In this document: one piece after another, positions 40,201 through 53,771 of the stretch
How the letters are laid out: the number at the start of each line of letters is the position of its first letter
Position numbering within the stretch: position 1 is the first letter of the stretch
Source of the DNA: Tubulanus polymorphus
Lineage: Eukaryota > Animalia > Nemertea
Length of the DNA stretch: 64,000 bases
Assembly (NCBI RefSeq): GCF_964204645.1
Contig: NC_134029.1
Location: 3,968,001 to 4,032,000, forward strand
Reading direction: 5' to 3'
Notes under the pieces: model-generated
What the model was told of the DNA's origin: nothing
Databases searched by the model: none
What the model saw: the letters and a program-made list of their open reading frames with translations, nothing else
Program-made: the position numbers and the translations under genes

Positions 40201-43200
40201 CAAGTACCCCGCGGTCCATTAAGGATCTCCTGTGAAATATCGCTGTCGGATTTCTACGCTATGACCTATCAACCTGAATAATCGGCGGACGCGCTTTTTG
40301 TGGAAAACTCATAATACAAAATGCTATTCTTCGCCGTGCAAATTAAAAAGCAACCTAGTGGTGTTGTTAAATTGAGCGCGATTCCACGACTGAATAGAGA
40401 GATGCGAGCGGATTTTCGGGGGTAGTCTAACTACCCCGGAGGCGAGGGACGGGTGTGGTGATTGTCATTGAATTGGTTCCTTTTTACGAGCGCTGTTTTC
40501 AGGTTTTGTGTTAAGTGTCAGAAATAAATTAATTTGTGGCAACAGGCGGGGGGCAAATCGCTTAAGTTTAATTGTAGGGAGGTGATTCGTAAATGGCCCA
40601 GTAGCTAATTACCGAAGCAGAAAAGCTAGGCTAGCTAGCTGCTGCTTTCACTGGCGGTTCCTGGAGCAGGGCTCTCAGATTCAGTCGTCGGGGCCTCTTC
40701 AGTCTCCGTTCTATTGCGAACAGTGAAAGAGGTTCACTGCGTAGCCATCTGTTGGGGCAATGGGGCAGGCGGGTGAGATAATCAGGTCCACTCGAAACAA
40801 AACAGTCTCATCAGCGGTATCAAAAGACTCGATTATATCTGATGTACTTCAATCAACGAGGTGAGAGCCAGCGAGTATCGCTGCCCGCTGAGGCTTAATT
40901 GGTTTTTCCAAACAATTCTATCTGAAGTGGAAAATAAAGCGAATTAAAGAACATTGTCTCAATTGCAAATTTAGCTTACTGCTGACCAGACCATGCGATA
41001 GAAAACTCGAGGACGGTTGTCTTGATGAAAAAAGATTATCTGCCTGTCGATGCGAAAATAGAAAGCTGTCTTCTATTTTGCGAAAACGAAGGTATTGATA
41101 TTGAAGCATAAAACGCAATGACATGCAGATTTCTGCACGGCTAAGAACATCTCGTCCGTTAGTTCGTGTTTTTCGAGTTGGTCTTCGAATAGGAAAATGA
41201 GAAATAATTCATACATAATAGAACTTTTCTGCGGACAGAATGATAGCGAAATCAAAAGATAAAGATGAATCGAATCTTTCTATGAAATATATCTGCATGT
41301 TGAGGATATCTGCTTTTCCGCAAATCTGCACGTGGGATCATTTTGTCGAATTGTGTTTATTTGGTCGCGAAAATGAAATTAGAATCAGTTCAATACGTTC
41401 TCATAATTGGCCTCGACATTGAAAACAACAACAATACCGGAAGTTCACCAGGGCGCTGCGCCATTGGTCAATCTCTGCAGGTAGCCAATCACAGAACATA
41501 ATTCCTGCGGTCATGTGATCCCATGTTGAGAAGTTAACAGTGTCGAACAGTTCGGGTTGTAATTAAATTTCGTATATTGATCAAATTTTAATTGGAGAGG
41601 CGTGTCGAGGCAAATAATACGCGTATTTCGCTGGAAAAAGAACGCTTTGCGCCCTATAGAGCGGCAAATCTACGAGAATCAATTGCCACAAATGAGATTA
41701 TTGGTAATAATGCACCGGATCAACTCGCGCAAACAGAGCGGGATCGCGGGAACTGACCAGATTTCTGTTTGCTTTCTTTCGTCAGTTATTGTCCGAATTT
41801 CCCATTGTAAGTTTCCCATCGCCATCACCTGCTTCTGCTACAGCCTTCGGGAAAAATATCTTTTATCTATTCTTTTTATTAGTCAAATGATTTGTGCACA
41901 CTTTCAATATATCATCTTAGTGGCAGAACACTTCCGAATATATGTATATCTACTGCACTTAAAAGCTTTAATCGCTTTGTGGAATTGATTTTATCAAATG
42001 CGAAAATCATTTGATTGAATGTCGCTATATCATTCGCGATGCACGCGTTTAAAATAAACCTTTCAAGCACTTAAACTGTCGTTTAAACGTTAAGTTATTG
42101 TTTGTTAACTTGGGGCGTTAAAGACACACGTTTTTACCTGTGCAGAGTGGTGCCGATTTATATTCGACATGAAATATCATAGACGTTTTGTCTCCAGAGA
42201 CGTAAATAAGAAACTGTTTGACAGGCGTTATGCATGTCGTACCCCGGAGGCAGGTGGCCAACGGGTTTTTGCTCTGAGCAAACAACACCAAAAATGCATA
42301 AATACATTCATCTCTTTATAATATGCACCTAATTTTTGGATTGATACTTTCGAAACTTGAAACACCCTCACCATACATACCGCGCCAGGAAATTCGCGAA
42401 GAGTATTTTCATGTTATGTCTTTCAATTCAAAGTTTGTTTAGTCAGTTTTTGAAATGTTGATAAGACAGCGGGATAGGTACTCTTCAATGTAGATATATG
42501 GACTTTCAGCCGCTAATGGGAGTTTCCGTTGAAAATTGCGATGACTTAAAACGTTAAATGGTGAATTTAATTTTCAAAAGGTGCTAAATCGATATTGCAT
42601 TAAGGGGTGTTTTAAGATTAAATGAATTGTAAAAGTTTTGGTTCAGTTGTCCGCTCTGAAAGGTAATTGATTTGAATGCGCGCTAAAAAGCGTATTGATA
42701 TTACGTCCGTGTGTATGTATAATGGGCCATGAAAGCAAACGATTCGATTTTTGAAACTCGACGAAGACAAAGATTAAAAACCTTTTTCCATTTGTTCCAG
42801 AAGATCAGAACACAACGTATACGAATGGTGAAAAACCACGCCTCGTCGAGATGACACAAGATAAACTGATCCATAAACATTTTCAAGGGGTATTTTTAGG
42901 TTGATTGTCGTGAAGTGAATTCAGATTTTTTTTCGTTTCTCAAAGCGAACGAATAAGAGCTGAATCTATATAAAATACGATCGTTCTCACTTTTTCAATA
43001 TATCATGCATTGGCGATATAGAGCATAGTTTAGAGACCCTAAGAGGGTCTATAGGAGAAACTCTCAATCAGATAATCACAGACAACCCATCCGTTCCAAA
43101 TCCATACTCCTCGCAAACAGTTCGCAAAATCGAAATAAAAATCAGGATGCCTTTTTCATAGAAATATTCTAAAAGTAGAATGTTTGAATATACGTATGAC

Positions 43201-45047
43201 TTTTTGAATTTGCATGCTTTGTTCCGCCGGTTTTTTTTGACTGATGGTAAATTGTGTAAGATCATTTTCCAGTTTGTATACATGTGATGAATAAAATAAA
43301 TCTATTGTGTACTATACTAATAAAACTTGATGAAATGCCACCTCCCTGAAATACGTACTAGATTAAATCAATGATTATGAACATCGTTTGTTATCTGCAA
43401 CTAAGGGATGATCACTTTAAGTTAGAAATAGTTCTTCGTATGAAAGATTCGTAGAATATACAGAGACTTTTTTAACCGGTCTTCCGCAAGGTTCATTCAT
43501 GAACTCTAGAACGGTTCGGAGTCTAAGATTCATTCTCTAGTCCAACTTCCCCCAAGTTACTTTAGTACATGTAGCTATTCCCACTATAGTCAGCGAAAGA
43601 CAGTGTTTAATAAATGAATTAGTTAATTGTAACGAACAATAAGTAATGTATACGACATTAATTGGACGCTTGTGAGAATCTACAGTTTCTAATGATTAGC
43701 CTTGGTCGTTTTAATTCGCATGAACGACTATAAACAGTCAGTGCGAGCTCTTAAATCGAAAACGATTGGTTAAATAATTAATAACCGTACGTCCTAATTG
43801 ATTATCGGAGCAATAACGACACAACATATATTGACAATTCCGAAACATCAAATCGAGATGGTAAAATATGTCGAATACGATGCATATATACTGGATATAC
43901 CCATGCCAGTCTCTTTTGAACTTTGAATCCAAGAAATTCGTGTTATTCAAAATTGAATGACTCGAGTGCCAAAATCAATTCTCATTCTGCTACCGTTACA
44001 AATCTCATCTCTGCAAATGCTATTCTGCTTATAACTATCATTTATACATAGCTTCCTTTTATTTCATCATAGAGTTGGTTTATTCTGCATTTTTTCCAAT
44101 TTTGATATTCGTGATAGCTAATTTCTGCTGCCCAGTCGTGAAACATACATCGTCTGTGTGCCACGTGTGTCGTCTTGTGTCTAGTAGATTAAAATCTAAT
44201 TCATTGTGTCGAATTGCTTGGTGGTTTTACAGATCAAATTATGATATCAGGCGATTAAATATCAATAAATTTCCGTTATTTCTGTTGCAGTAGATCAGGT
44301 TTCGGAAAGGAATTAAAGAGAATGTAAGCTGTGAATTCATTCTGTCAAATGAGTTCTGTGTCTGGGGCGTGGATGCGGGTGAAATCACAAAGGTTGACAA
44401 CCAATTTTCAGGTCCTCAGGATTTTTAGCCGTAACACCGATTAATTTGTTTCGACGATGCAATGGTCTGATAACCAGGACCACTGTTAAACAGGGCGACC
44501 GAGGACTGGATAGTTTTTTCTTTAGAGCAGAAACCATGTCTACCCGTGAATCGTAGTCATGGTTATGCTTCTGTTTTCATCAATGGAATTTGAGCCTCTT
44601 CAGTAAAAGTATTTCTAACAAACTAAAACCCATTGAATGCGAGAATGACAAGAAGGTTTTCGGGGTATTTTGTTTTCAAAGAAATTAGGGTTCAAAACAT
44701 GAACAAACGTTGTTTGGACAGCGATACTTACATATATTTGGGTCTCCTGCACTGGGGCTACCACTCCTGTATCTTGTCTTCGGTGACGCCTGCATTTGTT
44801 TCCATTTCTGCTCGGAGATTTCTTCTTCTAGACGCATTGGTTCCTGGCGTTGAACAACTGGCGATATTCCGGGGTTCGAGCCTAATCTGTCTTTGAGTCC
44901 GAGTATAACATCGATCGAATGCGAGGGACTAGTTTTACCCCCTCCACCGCCGGAAGTGTTCGTTTCCTGAAAGCTCGGTCCAGATTTTGTCGGTTCATTA
45001 TTGTAGTTACACCTCGTATCAGAGCTATTTCCCGAGTCGCAATGCAT
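37289..45047 (-). CDS. RAX: Retinal homeobox protein Rx/Rax
   Basis: Exons 44732-45047 (octapeptide HSIDVILG), 38555-38775 ([49 protein letters not shown]) and 37289-37675 ([15 protein letters not shown], Rx domain LPLDPWM, OAR domain [15 protein letters not shown]). Phases are consistent and the homeodomain is diagnostic of Rx. Confidence 0.96.
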
Positions 45048-45247
45048 TGTCACTTACACTGAAAATCCGTACAAAATCCACTATTTCTACCTGTTATACG
45101 TTCTACGCGTGAAGTTCAGCAAAGATCACCACCAAATTTCCGTCGCAGTATTCACTGATAAATCGGCAAAAATTAATCTGAAGTAGCTGCAAACCTCTTG
45201 AAAATCACTTGAAGTAGTTTCCCATACGTCAGTGGCGATAGTTAACA

Positions 45248-45335
45248 TGGTTTATATACACAATAAGAACGGCTATTTGCCGGTAAGCTCAGGTAACGAG
45301 AGGGGCGGGACCGGCGGGCGCTCGCCGACCAATAA
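45248..45335 (-). promoter_or_regulatory. Rx core promoter (TATA, GC boxes, CCAAT)
   Basis: Minus-strand TATATAAA at 45251-45258, GGGGCGGG at about 45302 and CCAAT at about 45329, roughly 200-280 bp upstream of the ATG. Confidence 0.6.
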
Positions 45336-46462
45336 GCTCGTTATACCGCCGTTACTTGATGGGCTCATAAGCGTGAGTTGGTTTGCATTAAAGAACTCGC
45401 AATAAGAAACATATTAAATGCCTAATGGGGCAAACTGTAACTGAATAGAACAAGCAACTCGGTATAGTTAACCGTAGACAATAGCTGGGTATGTCGTGGG
45501 TCGCTAATACCATTAATGTTTAAAGCCAAACATCGCCCAATATTAGAAATGATTGTAGTCGATTTGAATCACTGATTATCCGTACACCATGGCTTCTATC
45601 TATTTGTGACCTTACCAACAATTTACTCCCTGAAAATCGCTTAACTTCACGTTTAGTTTGTTCAGAAAAGTTGAATTTACCAAACTAATCGAAAGTAAGA
45701 AAAATCCGTAGGATTTAGTTTTTTGATCAGCGAACACATGGACATTTTGAGTCCATTAAAGGATCTTTTCAAAAGCAAATGCAATATGGACACATTGCTA
45801 TTGTGGTGGTTGGGTGCGGAGTCTGGGTATATGAAAACTGATAGGTAAATTCATATGACAGCGCAGATAATACTTGGGTGTCCACAATATCACTTGGACA
45901 GGCTGGGCGAGATAGTCGAACGAGATAAAGTGCGCGAATGAATACTTCCCTAAAAGCGTCGCGTTGAAGATAACATCGAATCCAGTCTTTCTTTTCAAAT
46001 AATTTGCGCTACTGTCGATTTAATTACGGTTCAGTATTGTAACGAAGCGATGGTCTCCACCATTTTCTATCTCGGTCTTGTCGCGTTCTAATTGGCGACT
46101 AATTATTTGGTTCGTGCACGGCGCAGACCAGTCTTTTGTACGAGTTAGCGATGGAACTACGACAATATTCAACTGTTTCTCTGTCGGTGTAAACTGTCAA
46201 TCAATAGTCGTTAAAGTGCGACAGATACGATGTGCCTAATTGAAAGTTAAAAAATAAATTCAACCACACCATTGTGCCTTCAAATATCGTTAAAACCGCG
46301 TAACGATTCTTTTGCATTATGCAGTGTTGATACGAAAGATATTCTATTTACAGATCGATTTTTCTCATCATAGATACTGAGTGAAAATCTGACAATGTCA
46401 TCAAAATATTGGTCAAAGCAATTCTGAGGAAGTCGACCCTCATTTCAAGCGGTAAAAATCTG

Positions 46463-46534
46463 TGCGTTCGCCGGGAATCGAACCCGGATCCATTGCTTGG
46501 AAGGCAACGATGCTAACCTTTACACCACGAACGC
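46463..46534 (-). tRNA. tRNA-Gly (TCC), copy 2
   Basis: Identical 72 nt to 30664-30735, followed by a T5 terminator. Confidence 0.96.
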
Positions 46535-46823
46535 CAGTTGTCGCGCTGACTGTGTTTGACAGATCAGATTTTATGGAGCTATACGTCGCGCTCTTACACG
46601 AAAGGCCAATCACGCGGGAATATTTGAGTTCTTGAGCGAACTTTAAAACCATCGTGTTCAATTTGATATGATGGTTTTTATGACCGCGTACCGTTCGGAG
46701 GATTTCTCAGTCGAAACTTGGTTTGATATAATCTGTTGGTTACGTTTTACTCGAGACTCGAAATTAGTTCTTTTTTCAATGATTAAGTATTGAATGAAAT
46801 ATCTACCCACAGATAGAGACCTG

Positions 46824-46950
46824 GGGCCGGTTGCATAGTAATGACTTAGATTTAAGACCAACTTAGTTCTATAGCCAATCTAGCAACTTAAGACCAGTCT
46901 TAAGATTTAAGACCACTTTTGGACTTAAGTCACGACCGTGCAACTGGCAC
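46824..46950. mobile_element. MITE, probably PIF/Harbinger-derived
   Basis: Imperfect TIRs GGGCCGGTTGCATAGTAATGACTTAG versus reverse complement GTGCCAGTTGCACGGTCGTGACTTAAG. Flanking CTG/CTG 3-bp TSD and internal TTAAGACCA repeats. Confidence 0.7.
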
Positions 46951-48395
46951 CTGGTTCCAGTTCAACAGATCCGATTTAGAGTTAGATTTACTCTATTTTC
47001 AATGAGTAAACCCCGAGTCAAACCTTTACTCAAAACTGGGCAAAGAGTGTTCTCGGGAAAACCTTTCGTTTTCGACATTTGTTCCAGTAGTTGATTTTGA
47101 TTTTAGTTGAAAGATCGCCACACGAAAACAACATGTGAGGTTCATGAGTCGTCATTTCCACAAATATCTACCGGACTCGGTCTGTAATTATGTGATTAAT
47201 ACTGTCAGGTGAAATTACAGTACGCACCACGTCGTCAGTCATTATAAGATATATATTTACTTCAAAAACTGTCCCCACGAGACCGAACCCAGCAGGTGAA
47301 TAAATTAATTCATTAATTTGTTTGCAAGAAATGATTTAGGTTTCACGGTTTGGTTAGCGTCAGTGGCTAGAAGCGAATATCCCAGACCACACGACGGGTG
47401 ACCACCGATTATACTACGGGTAATGCATAATATACACACTGCAAACTCTATCATCGATGTCGTTGAAATTGCGTAAAATCCTCTTGTGGTCGCGAAACAA
47501 AATTCCAACTGGGAATTTCACGATACTAAGAATTATACAAAATATGTGATAACATGTCTCCTCCGCGAACACGCCTACGATATCAAATGAAAACCTCATA
47601 CCGTATGATCATTTTTATTTAATTGGGAAATTCTCTCTCAAGAGCGTGACTACCGTATCTTCTAGATGTGCCGAATACTCTGAATCGCTCATGGTGGCCG
47701 AATAGCTCATTATTTGAACATTAGTTGTTGTCGGAATTTTAGTTCAACTTAAATCTACAAATATGCCACCATTTACAGAATTCGTCGTTATTCATTCGTC
47801 AAAAAAGCCCGAGCCTCTAGAGACAGATTACCAACTAAATTGGCGCCAATAAGAGGATAAAAGTCTACTCTCAAGAAACGACCAGCAAAATATTGTATCA
47901 CGGAAATCCCCGGAGGCGCTTCACCGAATTTATTAATCTAAAAATTGACAGATTCTTTACAAAGGTTATAACGATATGAAATGAGAAAACCTGGCCCGGA
48001 GCTATGTTTATAGGTTTCAAGAAGCTATAGCATTCTAGGGGTATAGGCTACGACGACACAATCACACTCGTGAAATCTACGTACGTGTTTTATTCGAGAA
48101 TAACAGATTTCCACAATGAAACTTATTTGTGAAGCGCAGCGTGTTGCCTCCGCGTTTTCATTATCCCACCTACAAGTTTAGTATTATCTTACTGAAAAAA
48201 ATATAGTCGAAACATTCATCGGGCGTTCGTCCATTTTTCGGTTGTAAAAATATAGGCCGTTATTTCTTTAACCTTTGTCAACTTGAGCTTTTTTAGTATT
48301 CTCGACCCGATTTCCAATTAAGGAACATGTAGGTGTTGGATGGATACGTCACATGAGCACATTTTTGTTTGGTTGTCGACTGACGTAAACATCAG

Positions 48396-48554
48396 GGCTG
48401 GGTTTCATAGATGTGGAAGAAAAATAGTCCCTGGGAACATTTTGAAATTTGTCCGTTATAACCATGGTTTCTCATTGTTACTATGGTGGTTGTCACCCAG
48501 ATTGAGGATTTACCCCTAGGGATAACTTTGATACCCAGTCTATGAAACTGGGCC
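48396..48554. mobile_element. MITE, probably PIF/Harbinger-derived
   Basis: TIRs GGCTGGGTTTCATAGAT versus reverse complement GGCCCAGTTTCATAGAC. Flanking CAG/CAG 3-bp TSD. Confidence 0.72.
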
Positions 48555-48728
48555 CAGATATGGAAGATTTACAGAGACTAGTCAGTACGAATGATTGCTT
48601 CTGTTCATTAAATCAATGCAAGCAATATGATTTTGTCAAACGATCGTATCGTAATCAGTTTAAAACCCACTATAAACAAAATTCAAATGATTAAAAACGA
48701 ATCGCATTTGTCAAGCGTTAAAATCAAA

Positions 48729-48774
48729 TTTCCCGACGTTTCGAACTCTCACTAGAGATCATCGTCAGGTGAGA
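48729..48774 (-). ncRNA. Minimal type I hammerhead ribozyme motif (Penelope-like element relic)
   Basis: Minus strand TCTCAC-CTGACGA-TGATCTCT AGTG AGAGTTC-GAAA-C-GTC-GGGAAA: CUGAnGA and GAAA cores, stem II, GUC cleavage triplet, palindromic minimal stem III, degenerate stem I. Confidence 0.62.
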
Positions 48775-51700
48775 TGGTAAAACTAGTGACGAGGGGTACA
48801 TATACAGTGGGAAACAAATTTAATTGGTAAATATCTGAGTGAGTAGTAATTAGCGGGTAGCTGCAGTGTATATTTTGCCGTAAATTGATAAGAATATAGT
48901 TCCGGAGCCTTTTCATAGATGTCGCTGGTGTATAAGCTCTCGCGGCGCGCTCCTCAAATGAATTAGATTTAGCGTGTATAACGCCGACGGTTATTCTAAA
49001 CTAATGCCTTGTTCGAGTGACATCCCGCATTTTCTCGTGACTAACGAATCGTGAATATCGTTCGATTAAATCTTTATTTTCAATAGAAACTGAAATTAGC
49101 TCCAACGAAATTACACTGGCTTAGCAAAAACGAGTTTTCTGTAAGCGAATAAATTTCGACGGCCCGATAATTACTAGGGAGGGATAGACTTTTTATACCG
49201 GTTTGCTGGTTTAAAGAAACTCTGGCGCCACAAACTTTTGGCGAATTATCAACAATGAAACGATATATTGACGCTAAACTTTCGTCTTTAAATACCGAAA
49301 CAAATAGTTGGTATTTCCTTACTCTTAATTCGCTATCAAAATAACGCCATATTCGTTGAAATACGCGAATAGCTGCTTTTTCCATTCACAAGTAACAAAT
49401 GGATATTCAAATGAAAGAGATATTTGATGCAGTAGTTAACAATACTTTGGCAAATAGAAAACATTATTTGGTGATGGGTACCGTTTGTGTCTCGTATCGT
49501 TATCGTAGGAGCGTCCGATTCACATCTGCCTTTTCATACATGCATAAAGAAAAGAACCACCGTGAACTGAATCATAAATATCACCGACTCAACGGGATCA
49601 GATCAGATGGGTGTGTCCAGCGACAGAAGAAAATAACTGAAAATGGTAAATTGATATTTACAGATTCAATCATTTCATTTATCTGTGCATCAAGTTGAAT
49701 AGGGTCTGTATTCAATGTAAAGGCTGGTGAAAATGAATGTGTATGAACGTTTCGGCTTTTAAGGTCATAAGTTATATCTAAACTTCGCCAGTTGTCCAGT
49801 GTCTTAATTTACAATATCTTGTATTTCCTTGTCATTGTAGATTAATTCGTAAATGAAATATGTATAAAATTGTCCAGCTTCATTTTTACCCCAATAATTC
49901 GAACTATACGTAGTTCGAACAACGCAGAAAAACTATAGCAATATATTGCAACTTGTGTGAAGAATTGTCATGAATTGCGAGAATATGTGGGCTTTTGGGC
50001 CTTTGGTTTATAAAAGTTATCTTCTAACTTCACCAGTTATCCAGCATTTTATTCCTTCGACTTCTCTCGGTAAATTGATTCGTAAATAAAACGTATACAT
50101 ATTCTAGTATCTACGATTTCAAGGTTCTCTATCATCGCGTTTATTTCTCGCCTTAAACTCATCTCGATTGACACCGAGTAGACCATCAAATCTCCATCAA
50201 ACAATTTCTCTACGCTGTCTCTTCTCGTCTGCTCAGCGCGGCGGCAAAAGCTTATCGATTTCCCGCCAAATTGGATTGTTTCATTTGCCTCGTTATCAAA
50301 TCATCGTAGCGAACTCAAACGCTCGGATAATAGAATAAATGATTAAATACACGGCTATAAAGCCTTGTATTTCGACTCGTTTGTAGCGATAACGCAATTT
50401 CGCCCAACTCAAAGACGATCTATATTGAGTAATTGAGGGAATTGCTTGGAAATTGGTGTTTGATTGGACTGTACGGTAAATTAGAATCCAATTTGCCAGT
50501 TTCGGCGAAGATAGGCGACTTTTGGTGCTAGCGAGTCTCGTTGAAGTGGTCTAGTCGTAAAGAAATTGTCGAGAAAATTGGAGCTTTTACAATGAACACA
50601 CGCATCGAGGATACACAGATGAATGAAACGTTGAGAACTACCTTCATTAGAATCGTATTGACGACCGGGTTTTGCGAAATGGAGACACTGGAAATTCGGG
50701 AAATTTCGCTGAAACGGGGATCTAAATCTCACGTAATAGACAGCGGACAATGGACGGAAATTCAAAATTACCAGCAATTGATAGAATTCAGTTAGACCCA
50801 ACTCATCCTTAATAGAGACTTGAAGCCTAACTATACATGGCTCTAAACGCGGCCCTATGATATATATATATCGATGTTATTTATGCAATATGTAGTATCG
50901 GTTCGAGATATTATCACCAGGTGTCGCCAGTAGGGAGATCCTCGAGGCAGCGGTGATTATCTTGTCAGCAGAAATAATATCGTCTGCGATAATAATACGC
51001 TTACTGATTCATATCAGCGACAAATTCGCCAGATTAGTTCGACTCGAGCCCGCGGCGAGAAAATACCACATCATCAACGGTGGTCGTAAAATATTGGAAA
51101 TAAATTCAGCAAATAGAATCGAGACTAATGTAGAATTTTTGGCCGTTATTTATTTATGGTCTATTCACACGTATTCTATTCACAGTTATAAGAAACTTTT
51201 TTTTCTGTAACCTGTCACCAAACACACGGTCTGAGATGCGAAGTTTCGATTGTTAAGGGTAACTTGTCATCATATCTTTATGAACTTATTTCATATCGAT
51301 AACCAAGCGAACGACCCACCTTTTTAGACCATAGAGCCATTTTCAGATAGGGAAAATATTTCGTAAATGAAGCAATGTTTCCATTGATCTAAGACAACTA
51401 TTTAGATTTTAATATATGCACATATTAAATATCAATTAGACTATGGCCTAGGTTGGTTGCTACGTTGAAATCTGTGGATATGGGCCTTTAAAACAGAAAT
51501 TTGACACCTTGAAAATTGCTGGGGACGCCCAGATAACCGTATGTTTACTTGAATATACCTGATTGGAAGTAACGACTCAGCACTGACTACGAATAACACT
51601 GCTATGACTCATCTTACTTTTCACCGATAACTTCGTAAGAAACTGACATTTCACGAAGACCAATGATCTCGGTAAAAAACGAGACTAATGGCAAGAGTTC

Positions 51701-53017
51701 GACTGGTTAATCTTGCAATCTAATTTCTCAATATATAGGGGAAATGTTTAATTGACCCAGTACTGGTTTCCGATTATCCTTGCGACTGATCAAAAATTTA
51801 TCGAATGAAAAGTTGCGTTGAAACCTATTTGAAATGCGGCAATATAATGCAATCATAAAGATCCAAATATCAATTGTTTTGCTGTAATAGAATTTTAACG
51901 ATCCCGCTTAGAATGAATACAGAATCCACCTTGGTGCAACGTGCAGCACGCGAGGCGAATTTTATTTCGTGATGTTCAGCGGCAACACCTGTCTAAAGTA
52001 CACATAACTAATCAGGTTTCATTAAATACCAAACATAACAAATTCTCCTCCGTATTGATTTTCGTTCGTTCCTTGTTTTTCAGGCACCCGTCGTAATTAC
52101 GGCGCTACGAGCGATGATGAACGATCGATAGTCATGCGATTAGCGTCGTTTGTTTTTTGAACAGGTGTTTATAAATAAATTATTGCCGAACCTTCGTTTG
52201 ACGTCGTAATTGGAATTTTCGTGCGGATTATTAGCGTAACTCGGTTAATGCGCGCAATTAGAAATGAGAAATTGAAAAATTTCACCCGCAACACCGAACG
52301 CCTACCGCCATCATCGCTATGGTAATCTCATGATTGAGTTTTCGATGAAAAAATATATCTCGGTCGTTCTATTTGAATATTGGTTGATTATGATCGCAGT
52401 AGCCATACTTCATCATTTTTACCGGAAGTATCTATTGGCGTCATTCTTGAATTTCACACCATCAAGTGGCAAGGTGCTTCTCATTTTTATCCTATAAGTT
52501 TCTTAACTCAGAGAACTGGTGAAAATGGCAATTTTCTCCCATTTATCATCAATATGATGCCATTCTATACCTTAAAATGACAACGCAAGAATTTCAAGTG
52601 TAGTCTGTGTGTAACGCGCTAATCAGTTAAAATCTTGCTTATAATTGATTGTTAAATACGGTAATGGGTAAACTACTTGACAACAGCAAGTCGGTTATGG
52701 CGTTTATGGGAAGCTAATGAAAACATTATATTCTGATAAAGATCCAATATTGGCAGAGCAGTTAGACGTACAACGTAGCCGTAATCTACATCAAGATTAG
52801 TTTTGAAGTAGCCAATTAATGGTGACGCAGTTACTTCCACGAGGACACATTATCAGACAAGATCTCTGGCTGCGCGGCACGATGTGTAATAATCGGAAAT
52901 GTGTCGACCAGACCTGAAAGGAGATAGATCGTAAATATAGCTACAAAGCAGCGCTAACGGGTTTTCTGCCAACTACATCACCGGGGCTAGAAATTACAAA
53001 ATGAGAACCAGTTCCGA

Positions 53018-53771
53018 GCACCACCTGGCGATCAAATCCTTTTGTATCTTTATTGATTCGCAGTTGGTCACGAATTGACGTTCGTATTTTCTAAGCATCG
53101 AAATACATCTTCTTCACCGAGATAACTAGTTTTCATTTATTCCCCGAATTTTTTTACTAAAAGGAAACAAAGGCAATATGTGTTCTATTCCGCAGCGCCG
53201 CTTCATACTGAGACAACGCTGCGGATGCAATTTTGACGTCGTTTTCTGGTTAACGTATGTCCGGGTGCAACGTCAGAAAACGCGCCGCATATTAACTAAT
53301 AAATTGATATCTTTACGTCGTGTCAATATTTACCCCGGCTAATTTTCCAATTTGGTCGATTTCGTAGTAGATCCTAAATTGCCTCTAAGCTCTTGATGGG
53401 AGAATATAGTCTTTGATAATGATCACGAAATTCATATGTGAAGATATGTCAATATTTGCCGATACGGCGTCGCGAGATGGTCGACCAATCGAAGCGCGAA
53501 TTACCAGCCTGAGCTAGCGACAGATCCACGCTTGTGCAAATTAAAGACCGAAATTAAGGGATACTCGAAACAGGCAAAGACGCGTGTCTGGGGATTAATT
53601 TTGAAAGCTTACAATTAATTTCGCTCCTTGCTCCGCATATCGCTCGAAGCTAATAGAATTCTTGGCGAGGATGGGCGCTGAGTACTTTGATTCTCTATTC
53701 CGTGTCGTCTGTGTCGATACCGTGCGGAGAGGCGGTTCACGTGTCGACCATCAGATAACGCCACCTAGCGA
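53018..53771. promoter_or_regulatory. Pair of same-orientation CTCF-like motifs
   Basis: GCACCACCTGGCGA (53018-53031) and ACGCCACCTAGCGA (53758-53771) resemble the CTCF core GCGCCMYCTRSTGG. Confidence 0.45.
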
